In this document: positions 1 through 7,478 of the stretch, piece by piece
Layout of the letters: each line of letters begins with the position of its first letter
Position numbering within the stretch: position 1 is the first letter of the stretch
Assembly (NCBI GenBank): GCA_040768865.1
Contig: JAXGMD010000001.1
Location: forward strand, 1,225,117 to 1,249,116
DNA: 24,000 nt
Reading direction: 5' to 3'
DNA from: Candidatus Copromorpha sp.
GTDB taxonomy: Bacteria; Bacillota; Clostridia; Peptostreptococcales; Anaerovoracaceae
The notes under the pieces: generated by a model
Told to the model about the DNA's origin: nothing
Seen by the model: the letters and a program-made list of their open reading frames with translations, nothing else
Database searches by the model: none
Made by a program: the position numbers and the translations under genes

Positions 1-1
1 A

Positions 2-589
2 GCGGAAAAATCGTTCACACTGTCGCCGGTCAACAGGCTGGACAGGAATACGACGGGTCTGGTTATCTTCGGAAAGAACGCCGCGAGTCTGAGGTTTCTG
101 ACGAAACTTCTCAGGGAACGCGATGCGGTCTCCAGATATTATATGACACTGGTGGTCGGAAATTTAAGGTCAGAGATGGTTATTGAAGATTCTCTGACGA
201 AGGATGAAAAGACCAACAGGGTTATCGTTGATGAAAACGGTTCTTATGCAAAATCCATCGTACGGCCTGTTGACAACTTTAAGGGTTTTTCACTGGTTGA
301 AGTGGAGCTTGTGACAGGCAGAACCCATCAGATACGGGTGCATATGGCGAGCAAAGGCTTCCCGCTGGCGGGAGACTCCAAATACGGGACGAGTCCGAGG
401 GGCAGGAGGGCCAACGAAAAAATGCGTGAGATGGGTGTAACGACACAGCTGCTGCATGCGTGCCGCCTGGAATTCGGAAATGTCAGTGGCAATGAATTCA
501 TGCCGGAAGGTTTTGGGAAAATGGACGGACTCGTTGTTGAGGCAGGGCTGCCTGAAGATTTTGCGAGAGTTATAGAAAAAATAAGATAG
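2..589 (+). CDS. RluA-family pseudouridine synthase, C-terminal part (5' end lies off the window)
   Basis: The frame is open from the window edge. It translates to ...NRLDRNTTGLVIFGKN... (the RluA catalytic-Asp motif, HRLDxxTSG-like) and GRTHQIRVHMASKGFPLAGDSKYG (the conserved C-terminal RluA/RsuA motif). The track ORF 143..589 is only the part after an internal Met. Confidence 0.85.
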   Translation, partial: AEKSFTLSPVNRLDRNTTGLVIFGKNAASLRFLTKLLRERDAVSRYYMTLVVGNLRSEMVIEDSLTKDEKTNRVIVDENGSYAKSIVRPVDNFKGFSLVEVELVTGRTHQIRVHMASKGFPLAGDSKYGTSPRGRRANEKMREMGVTTQLLHACRLEFGNVSGNEFMPEGFGKMDGLVVEAGLPEDFARVIEKIR

Positions 590-604
590 AATTGGGAGTA
601 TGAA

Positions 605-1159
605 ATGGGTCAATACGGGGAAGAACGGTACAAAGGCTGGAAACGCAGAAATGCACCTTATCTCATCGCAGCCTGCCTGGCGCTGGTGATGGTGCTTCTG
701 GGAGGTCCGGAGGTGATGGACGGAGATTCCATGAGTCCGACACTCAACGACGGCGATTTGCTGATTGTGAGCAAGCACGACTATTCCGAGAAGAGAGACC
801 GCATTCCGGACAGGGATAAAATTGTTATTCTGGAAAAGGCAAAGTCCATGGATGTTGCCGATGATAATATTATTGCCAGGGTAATCGGATTGCCGGGAGA
901 AACGGTTGAAATCAAGAACGGTCAGGTATATATCGACGGTAAAAAGCACATGACCGATGGAGGCATACAGGGTGCTGCCGGCAGAGACATGATGGTGAAA
1001 CTGAAGAAGGGTCATGTCTTTGTTCTGGGAGACAACCGTGAGATGTCGGAATATGACAGCCGCAATGAAAATTTGGGTGTAATAAATATGAAAGATGATA
1101 TCAAGGGCAATGTACTGCTGCGGGTGTGGCCGATTGGGGAATTTGGCACAATAGAGTAA
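605..1159 (+). CDS. lepB: Signal peptidase I (S26 family), copy 1
   Basis: It has an N-terminal TM segment (YLIAACLALVMVLLGG). The catalytic Ser box is GDSMSPTLNDGDLLIV, followed by RVIGLPGETVEI and the GDNREMSEYDSR box. A GGGAG RBS lies 6 nt upstream. Confidence 0.9.
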   Translation: MGQYGEERYKGWKRRNAPYLIAACLALVMVLLGGPEVMDGDSMSPTLNDGDLLIVSKHDYSEKRDRIPDRDKIVILEKAKSMDVADDNIIARVIGLPGETVEIKNGQVYIDGKKHMTDGGIQGAAGRDMMVKLKKGHVFVLGDNREMSEYDSRNENLGVINMKDDIKGNVLLRVWPIGEFGTIE

Positions 1160-1180
1160 AAAATCGATTAAGGGGACATA

Positions 1181-1711
1181 ATGAAAAGTTTTATAAAGGA
1201 CATAATTATAGCACTGCTGATTGTGGGTGCACTGGCTATGGTTATAAAGCCCACAATAGTTAAGGAAAGCTCCATGGAGCCTACCTTGTACGAAAACAAT
1301 TATCTGCTTATCAACAAGATGGAATACAAATTCAAGGATCATCCCGATCCCGGTGATATAATCGTTTTTAATTCGGATCTGGAAAATGAGGAGACGGGCA
1401 AGAAAAAGCTCCTCATTAAGAGAGTTATCGGTGTAGAGGGAGATGTTATTACCATTGAGGGCGGCAACGTTTACCGCAACGGACAGCTGCTCAATGAGGA
1501 TTATCTGTATATGCCGGGCAGTACTATAGAGGATGAGAGCATGGAAATCAACGGGTTTGAGATTCCGCAAGACAGGGTGTTCGTTATGGGCGACCACCGG
1601 GAAGTCAGTATGGATTCACGATCTCCGTCAGTGGGCACCGTTTCGGAGTCGGATATAATGGGAAAAGCCTTTGTGAGGTTATATCCTTTTGATGAAATAC
1701 GCCTGTTTTAG
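1181..1711 (+). CDS. lepB: Signal peptidase I (S26 family), copy 2 (tandem paralog)
   Basis: It has a TM segment (IIIALLIVGALAMVI). Motifs present are SSMEPTLYENNYLLINK, KRVIGVEGDVITI and GDHREVSMDSRS. Confidence 0.9.
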   Translation: MKSFIKDIIIALLIVGALAMVIKPTIVKESSMEPTLYENNYLLINKMEYKFKDHPDPGDIIVFNSDLENEETGKKKLLIKRVIGVEGDVITIEGGNVYRNGQLLNEDYLYMPGSTIEDESMEINGFEIPQDRVFVMGDHREVSMDSRSPSVGTVSESDIMGKAFVRLYPFDEIRLF

Positions 1712-1725
1712 GGCAGAGGGAATAA

Positions 1726-2169
1726 ATGAAACTGATAGCCAACAACAAAAAAGCGAGACATGATTATTTCATAGAGGAAACCTATGAAGCGGGTATCGTT
1801 CTGACCGGTACGGAAATCAAGTCGGTAAGACAGGGCAAGGCCAGCATAAAGGAGAGTTTTGCCAAGGTTGTTGATGGTGAGGTTTTTCTGTTCGGAATGA
1901 ATATAAGTCCCTATGAACAGGGGAACCGTTTCAATGTGGATCCATTGAGGCCGAGAAAGCTTTTGCTCCACAGGAGGGAAATCCGCAAGCTCATCGGATA
2001 TACGACCCAAAAGGGTTTGACTCTGGTGCCGCTGAAGATGTATATTAATAGTGCCGGGCGTGCCAAAATAGAACTGGCTGTTGCAAGGGGCAAGAAAGAA
2101 TATGATAAAAGACATGATATCGCCAAAAGAGATGCGGACAGAAGGATGCAGCAGGCGGTGAGGAGGTAA
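1726..2169 (+). CDS. smpB: SsrA-binding protein SmpB
   Basis: The N-terminus [29 protein letters not shown] and the 147-aa length are typical of SmpB. The gene lies directly upstream of tmRNA. Confidence 0.95.
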   Translation: MKLIANNKKARHDYFIEETYEAGIVLTGTEIKSVRQGKASIKESFAKVVDGEVFLFGMNISPYEQGNRFNVDPLRPRKLLLHRREIRKLIGYTTQKGLTLVPLKMYINSAGRAKIELAVARGKKEYDKRHDIAKRDADRRMQQAVRR

Positions 2170-2172
2170 CAA

Positions 2173-2499
2173 ATGCAGGGATTTTTTGATAAGCTGGGGA
2201 AGACAGCGTCAAATGTAGCAAATACAGCAGCGAGCAAAGCCGGCGAATTCGTTGAGGTTAACAAACTCAAGAACCGCCAGAATGAGCTGAGGACAGATAT
2301 GTCGGCTACAAAGAGAAAGATCGGCGACTATATTTACAAGAAGTTTGAGGACGGTGAGCTGACTGATGAGAAGCTGCTGAATTATTGTAAAAAAATTCAG
2401 GATCTTCGCGAGGAATTCGATGACCTGGACAGACAGATTCTTGAGACGAAGGAGGCACATCAGGCAAAGAGAGACAGCGGCGGCGAAGAGAGGCTGTAA
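2173..2499 (+). CDS. Hypothetical small coiled-coil protein (108 aa)
   Basis: An AGGAGG RBS sits inside the smpB 3' end, and the ATG is 3 nt after the smpB stop. The sequence is charged and heptad-like, with no recognisable family. Confidence 0.55.
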   Translation: MQGFFDKLGKTASNVANTAASKAGEFVEVNKLKNRQNELRTDMSATKRKIGDYIYKKFEDGELTDEKLLNYCKKIQDLREEFDDLDRQILETKEAHQAKRDSGGEERL

Positions 2500-2529
2500 A
2501 GAGGTCCGGATTTGAAGTCGAATATATAT

Positions 2530-2886
2530 GGGGGTGCACTGGTTTCGACGGGGGTGTGGAAATCGGAGAAGCGAGCCGCAGTTGCCCAGTCTGCGTAAAA
2601 AAGGGCCGTTAAAGATAAACGCTAAAACTAAACCTAATTTCGCACTGGCAGCATAGTTCTGCCCCGCGCGTGTCGCCGGATTCCCCTGCAGGTTCGGGTC
2701 GACGCGTCAAACATGCAGGAAAACCTTGCGTGAGCTCCCGGTAGCGTAAGGGAATTACGGGATAGCTGAATGTTCAGCCTGCTTTCGGGCGGTTCAGGAG
2801 GCGAAATATTAAAGCGGAAGCTGCGCTCGGAGAAACTCTGCCGGAAATGCTTTCGGACGCGGGTTCGATTCCCGCCATCTCCACCA
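2530..2886 (+). ncRNA. ssrA: tmRNA (SsrA), 357 nt
   Basis: The 5' GGGGGUG pairs with the 3' CAUCUCC-A-CCA acceptor stem (two G.U pairs). The conserved 5' UGGUUUCGACGGGG is present. The 3' T-arm is GGACGCGGGUUCGAUUCCCGCC. The internal tag ORF at 2621-2656 reads gct aaa act aaa cct aat ttc gca ctg gca gca tag, giving AKTKPNFALAA*. Confidence 0.92.
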
Positions 2887-2894
2887 TCGTATCC

Positions 2895-2935
2895 ACAATC
2901 CTGACGGTCATTTTCACCGCCGGGATTGTTTTTAT
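2895..2935 (+). terminator. Intrinsic terminator after ssrA
   Basis: ACAATCC (2895-2901) pairs with GGATTGT (2923-2929), with partly paired inner arms. A TTTTT run follows. Confidence 0.7.
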
Positions 2936-3390
2936 TTAGGCACTTTAACGTTAATAGTGGTTTTACATAAAAAAAGACTGCGTAGGAAACCAAATTAAAG
3001 TTTTCAGGCAGCCCTTGTTGCTATATTATTAGGTTTATTGCATGGTTTTATCTTCCTGAAATGATGGTTTAATATGTGTCCACGCTTCGGGTTCTGTGAT
3101 AAACTTATTAGCACAATGCAATTTTGCGGTCAAATTTGATTTTTTGACTGTCCACTAAATGGGGTACAGTTCATTTCTCAATTCCCGTTCTTTTTGTTTC
3201 AATTCTTTAATTAAATTCTTTAAGTTCCGGAGAATCCTCGCAGGACTTGCGCAATTGAAAGTCATATATATACTTTGATATTTCCTAAAGGTTATCATTC
3301 GTTTGCTGCATTCATAATCTGCGTGTGTTTTCGAACATTTCACTATCGCACTGACTGCAATAAATTAGAAAAGAACATATGTGAGAAAAA

Positions 3391-3444
3391 ACACTTTATA
3401 TAGTGGATTATAGTGTTGCTAAGGCATATATGTAGTGGTATAAT
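3391..3444 (+). promoter_or_regulatory. nrdJ promoter with NrdR-box-like sites
   Basis: The -35 is TTGCTA (3416-3421), followed by a 17-bp spacer and an extended -10 TGgTATAAT (3436-3444). Box 1, ACACTTTATATAGTGG (3391-3406), matches the published NrdR consensus acaCwAtATaTwGtgt at 14 of 16 positions. A weaker second box, GGCATATATGTAGTGG (3423-3438), starts 32 bp downstream and overlaps the -10. Confidence 0.5.
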
Positions 3445-3518
3445 AACAACAATCAAGACAAAGAAACAGATGTGATAACAACGAAATCAATGATAAAACA
3501 AGAATAGAAGGAGGAGTT

Positions 3519-5807
3519 ATGGCGATTTCAGATATAGGAAAAACCGCCTTGGAGGTGCTAGAACGGCGCTATCTGGGCAAGGATGTGGACGGCAATGTTA
3601 CGGAAGATGTTGAGGGAATGTTTCGCAGGGTCTCCCAAGCCATTGCAGCAGCGGACAAGACTTACGATCCGGAGGCGGACGTGGAGAAGGTCAGCGATGA
3701 GTTTTTTGAGTTGATGACCAGTCTCAAGTTCCTACCCAACTCTCCCACCTTGATGAATGCGGGAAGGCCTCTGGGTCAGCTCTCTGCATGCTTTGTGTTG
3801 CCCGTAGGAGATAGCATGGAAGAAATCTTCGATGCTGTCAAGAATGCCGCATTGATTCATAAGTCCGGCGGCGGCACCGGGTTTTCCTTTTCACGAATCC
3901 GGCAGAAGGGAGCTCAGGTCAAGTCCACCGGCGGCATAGCCAGCGGACCGGTCAGTTTTATGAAAGTCTTCAATGCGGCCACAGAGGCAGTCAAGCAGGG
4001 GGGAACCAGAAGAGGCGCCAACATGGGAATCCTTCGCATTGATCACCCGGATATACTGGAGTTCATCAGCTGCAAGAAGGATACTTCCGACATCACTAAC
4101 TTCAATATTTCCATCGGTATAACTGAGAAGTTTATGGAGGCGGTGGAGAACCGGGAAGATTATGATTTGATTGACCCGAAAACGGGCGTGGCTGTGGATC
4201 ACCTGAACGCAGGGAAGGTCTATAAGTTCATTGTGGATTCCGCATGGGAAAACGGAGAACCGGGAATTATTTTTTTGGACAGACTCAATAAAGACAACGT
4301 GGTGCCGGAGCAGGGGGAAATCGAGAGCACCAACCCTTGTGGCGAGCAGCCTCTTCTTCCCTATGAGAGCTGTAACCTTGGTTCCATCAATCTGACCAAA
4401 ATGGTCAAGTATGTGGATGGAAAAGCACAGGTGGATTATGATCTTCTTCATAAGACCGTAGAGGAAGCGGTTCATTTTTTGGACAATGTCATCGATGTAA
4501 ACAATTATCCCTTGGAAATTATCGATCAGGTGACCAAGTCCATTCGAAAGATTGGACTTGGCGTCATGGGATTTGCGGATCTTCTTCTCCTCATGGAGAT
4601 CCCCTACAACTCCGATCAAGGAGTGGCGCTGGGGGAAAAAATTATGAAGTACATCAATACAGTAGGACATACGGCCAGCAAGAAGTTGGCTAGGGAAAGA
4701 GGGGCTTTCCCGCTCTTCGAAACCAGCATCTATGCTGATGATGAGGAGATTCGAAACGGAACGGTGACCACAATCGCACCTACCGGAACCTTGTCCATTA
4801 TCGGAGGATGTTCCTCCGGCGTAGAGCCCGTCTTCGCCTATGTATACATCCGAAACGTCATGGACGGGGACGAGTTTATAGAAGTGAATCCTATCCTCAT
4901 GGAGAAATTGAAAGAAGCGGGCGTCTACAGTGAAGAACTGATGAAGAAGATTGCCAAGGACGGAACCATTGCCCACTGCATGGAAATCCCGGAGGAGATT
5001 CGGCGCGTTTTTGTCTGTGCTCACGATATCAGTCCCATTGATCATATCAAGATGCAGGCGGCCTTCCAGCGGCACACGGATAACGCGGTCTCCAAGACCG
5101 TCAACTTTGAGAGCACGGCCACCAAGGAAGATGTGGATGAAGTCTACAAACTGGCCTACAAGGAAGGCCTCAAGGGGGTAACCATATACAGAGACGGCAG
5201 CAGAGACGGGCAGGTGTTGAACATCGGAAAGGTATCCGGAAAGGAAGAAGAGAACGTCCCTGAGTTCGGAAAGATTGAGCCTCGGCCCCGATCCACAGTG
5301 ACCCAGGGCTTCACCGAAAAGGTCAAGATCGGTTGCGGAAACCTTTACATCACCACCAACTATGATGAAAATGGAATTTGTGAAGTCTTCACCAGCACCG
5401 GTAAGGCCGGCGGCTGTCCAAGCCAGAGCGAGGCCACGGCGCGTCTTGCCTCTGTGGCTTTGCGCAGCGGCATTTCCATCGAAGAAGTCTACGACCAGTT
5501 GAAGGGAATTCGTTGTCCGTCCACCATCCGGCAACAGGGAATGAGCTGCACCTCTTGTCCAGATGCCATTGCAAAGGCTTTGATGAAGGTCTCTAAGTTT
5601 ATCGATACGGAGAAGGGAAACGGCAAGCTCATCGATGTGCCGGAGGAGTTTGCTCCCCTGAAGAAGGATGCGGAAAATGCACCTACTACCATCTATGTAC
5701 CCAGTTCCGTCAACGCCATCCATCATTGTCCTGATTGTAACGGTGCGGTGGAACACGAAGGCGGCTGTGTCGTATGCAGAAACTGCGGATTCAGCAAGTG
5801 CGGATAA
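3519..5807 (+). CDS. nrdJ: Class II (adenosylcobalamin-dependent) ribonucleoside-triphosphate/diphosphate reductase
   Basis: The 762-aa protein carries PNSPTLMNAG, SACFVL, GGGTGFSFSRIR, the active-site TNPCGEQPL and TIAPTGTLS. The C-terminus has a Cys-rich zinc-ribbon tail (HHCPDCNG...CVVCRNCG). The RBS is GAAGGAGG. Confidence 0.93.
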   Translation: MAISDIGKTALEVLERRYLGKDVDGNVTEDVEGMFRRVSQAIAAADKTYDPEADVEKVSDEFFELMTSLKFLPNSPTLMNAGRPLGQLSACFVLPVGDSMEEIFDAVKNAALIHKSGGGTGFSFSRIRQKGAQVKSTGGIASGPVSFMKVFNAATEAVKQGGTRRGANMGILRIDHPDILEFISCKKDTSDITNFNISIGITEKFMEAVENREDYDLIDPKTGVAVDHLNAGKVYKFIVDSAWENGEPGIIFLDRLNKDNVVPEQGEIESTNPCGEQPLLPYESCNLGSINLTKMVKYVDGKAQVDYDLLHKTVEEAVHFLDNVIDVNNYPLEIIDQVTKSIRKIGLGVMGFADLLLLMEIPYNSDQGVALGEKIMKYINTVGHTASKKLARERGAFPLFETSIYADDEEIRNGTVTTIAPTGTLSIIGGCSSGVEPVFAYVYIRNVMDGDEFIEVNPILMEKLKEAGVYSEELMKKIAKDGTIAHCMEIPEEIRRVFVCAHDISPIDHIKMQAAFQRHTDNAVSKTVNFESTATKEDVDEVYKLAYKEGLKGVTIYRDGSRDGQVLNIGKVSGKEEENVPEFGKIEPRPRSTVTQGFTEKVKIGCGNLYITTNYDENGICEVFTSTGKAGGCPSQSEATARLASVALRSGISIEEVYDQLKGIRCPSTIRQQGMSCTSCPDAIAKALMKVSKFIDTEKGNGKLIDVPEEFAPLKKDAENAPTTIYVPSSVNAIHHCPDCNGAVEHEGGCVVCRNCGFSKCG

Positions 5808-6087
5808 AGAGAGCTCATTATCACCACATGAGTAGAAAAAAATCGGCTCTATGCCAAATTTTGGGATGGAGCCATAATTCATGTTGCTCCAGTTTCAATC
5901 AAAGGTAACAGGAGGCATTGTAGTACTAATGAAGTCCATCAAGAACTATCTCATTGGAATCTAATACACCCGAACTCAAAGCGTATGACGGACAGCATAT
6001 GCTTATTTGTTGTGGTGAATTTTTTCCGGATGAGAGAGCAGACTTTGCAGACCTTTAATTGCGTCTAATAAAGTTTTGGTTAACAAG

Positions 6088-6118
6088 CCTCACTCTGGAA
6101 AAGGAGTGGGGTTTTTTA
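6088..6118 (+). terminator. Intrinsic terminator (about 280 nt after the nrdJ stop)
   Basis: CCTCACTC (6088-6095) pairs with GAGTGGGG (6104-6111), including one G.U pair. A TTTTTT run follows. Confidence 0.7.
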
Positions 6119-6269
6119 TTTTGTGGAGGATTATGTTATGAGTACATATACAGGATATACAAGAGCAAGGGCTGAGGCCAATGCGAATTTCCAAGCGTGA
6201 GTGGCTCAGAGAACTGTTTTACGGACAGAAGATATAGTAGAATGTAACAGAAAGAGATGGAGGAAAACA

Positions 6270-7361
6270 ATGATAGAGATAAAAGGCGCCGTGAATACGG
6301 CAATATGCTATGCCAAAACCGTTGAGGACGAGGCAAGAGAGCAGATAAGAAGAATGTGTGACTATGAGTTCACAAGAGACAGCAAAATCAGAATAATGCC
6401 GGATGTTCACGCAGGTAAAGGCTGTACTATAGGTACAACGATGACAATTCTGGATAAGGCAGTGCCAAATGTAGTAGGGGTTGATATCGGCTGTGGCATG
6501 TACACCGTGAATATCGGAGCGGGAGATATAGATTTTGCTAAACTGGATGCCGTAGTTCACACCATTCCGGCGGGAAGAAATGTTTGGACCGGCAGGCAGG
6601 AACACTTCGATCTGACCAGGCTCAAGTGCTACAGAAATCTGAAACAGACCAGAAGACTGGAGAGAAGTCTGGGAACCCTGGGCGGCGGCAATCACTTTAT
6701 TGAGATTGACAGAGCTGCAGACGGAACAAATTATCTGGTGGTGCATTCCGGCAGCAGAAATCTGGGCAAGCAGGTTGCCGATTACTATCAGGAGCTGGCA
6801 GTGAAATTGAACGCGGAGACAACTATTCCTCAGGATCTCTGCTATCTGGAGGGAAGATATCTGGACGAGTACCTGCATGATGTGGAGATATGTCAGGATT
6901 TTGCGAGAAAAAGCAGGGAGAAGATGGCCGGGATTATTATAGATGAAATGGGATTTGACAACATCGGCGGCTTCCACACCATACACAACTACATTAATAC
7001 CGAGGAGCGAATTTTGAGAAAGGGTGCAATTTCTGCAAAAGCCGGAGAGCTGGTTCTGATTCCAATCAACATGAGAGACGGCAGCATCCTAGCAAGAGGG
7101 AAGGGTAATCCTGACTGGAACTACTCGGCGCCACACGGTGCAGGCAGAATCATGTCAAGAAGAAAGGCAAAGGGGACTTTGGACATGGATGAATATGCAA
7201 AATCCATGGAGGGCATTTACACAACATCGGTGAATGCATCAACATTAGACGAGGCGCCAATGGCCTACAAGTCTATTGATGATATTATCGATGTAGTCGG
7301 CGAGGCTGTTGATATTATTGATGTGCTGAAGCCGGTATATAATTTTAAGGCGGCGGAGTGA
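6270..7361 (+). CDS. rtcB: RtcB-family RNA 3'-phosphate/2',3'-cyclic-phosphate ligase (short form, 363 aa)
   Basis: Motifs present are MPDVHAGKGCTIGTT, VGVDIGCGM, GGGNHFIEID, HNYI and SAPHGAGR (the His that forms the GMP adduct). The start was moved to ATG 6270, which sits behind a GGAGG RBS. The track start at 6201 has no RBS. Confidence 0.9.
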   Translation: MIEIKGAVNTAICYAKTVEDEAREQIRRMCDYEFTRDSKIRIMPDVHAGKGCTIGTTMTILDKAVPNVVGVDIGCGMYTVNIGAGDIDFAKLDAVVHTIPAGRNVWTGRQEHFDLTRLKCYRNLKQTRRLERSLGTLGGGNHFIEIDRAADGTNYLVVHSGSRNLGKQVADYYQELAVKLNAETTIPQDLCYLEGRYLDEYLHDVEICQDFARKSREKMAGIIIDEMGFDNIGGFHTIHNYINTEERILRKGAISAKAGELVLIPINMRDGSILARGKGNPDWNYSAPHGAGRIMSRRKAKGTLDMDEYAKSMEGIYTTSVNASTLDEAPMAYKSIDDIIDVVGEAVDIIDVLKPVYNFKAAE

Positions 7362-7399
7362 GTGATAGATAAACAAAAGTGAAGAAATTTAAAGTGAGA

Positions 7400-7458
7400 T
7401 TGAAGTAATTTTGAAGTTTACATTGAAGTGAGATTGAAGTATAATTGAAGCACTTCAA
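7400..7458 (+). promoter_or_regulatory. Promoter embedded in a phased TTGAAG hexamer array
   Basis: The -35 is TTTACA (7417-7422), followed by a 17-bp spacer and a -10 TATAAT (7440-7445). TTGAAG occurs at 7400, 7411, 7423, 7434 and 7445. The inverted copy CTTCAA at 7453-7458 forms the palindrome TTGAAGcaCTTCAA. AGTGAGATTGAAGTA is a perfect 15-bp direct repeat at 7393 and 7427. Confidence 0.55.
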
Positions 7459-7478
7459 AGTAAAACAGGAGGGTGTTT

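Noticed and set aside
290-1597. A 435-aa minus-strand ORF spanning the pseudouridine synthase and both lepB genes.
   Set aside because: It is antisense to three genes with clear family motifs. Its translation has no domain signatures. It is a shadow ORF.
2634-2993. A 119-aa minus-strand ORF.
   Set aside because: It overlaps the tmRNA gene and its terminator on the opposite strand. The region is fully explained by ssrA.
3155-3343. A 62-aa minus-strand ORF in the AT-rich spacer between ssrA and nrdJ. I considered it as a possible integrase or phage remnant next to tmRNA.
   Set aside because: It has no RBS and no integrase or recombinase motifs. I could not find a duplicated ssrA 3' end to indicate an att site. 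It is left unannotated.
2887-3390. An ssrA-targeted genomic island directly downstream of tmRNA.
   Set aside because: No integrase gene is present, and no direct repeat of the tmRNA 3' end is seen anywhere in the window. The next gene is housekeeping nrdJ. Only a ~500-bp AT-rich spacer is present.
3891-5882. A 663-aa minus-strand ORF antisense to nrdJ.
   Set aside because: It lies entirely within the well-supported nrdJ CDS. It has no recognisable motifs, a low-complexity composition and no RBS. It is a typical shadow ORF of a GC-balanced gene.
5808-6087. A ~280-nt untranslated stretch between the nrdJ stop and its terminator. It includes tiny ORFs (MKSIKNYLIGI* at 5929 and a 27-aa ORF at 5985). 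I considered a riboswitch or a small gene.
   Set aside because: No ORF has a properly spaced RBS, and I recognise no conserved riboswitch core (e.g. a B12 box). It could be a 3' UTR or a gene scar, but I cannot support a call.
6219-6986. A 255-aa minus-strand ORF antisense to rtcB, together with the 6201 start of the plus-strand ORF.
   Set aside because: The antisense ORF has no motifs. The extra 23 N-terminal codons of the plus-strand ORF lack an RBS, whereas ATG 6270 has GGAGG and matches the usual RtcB N-terminus.
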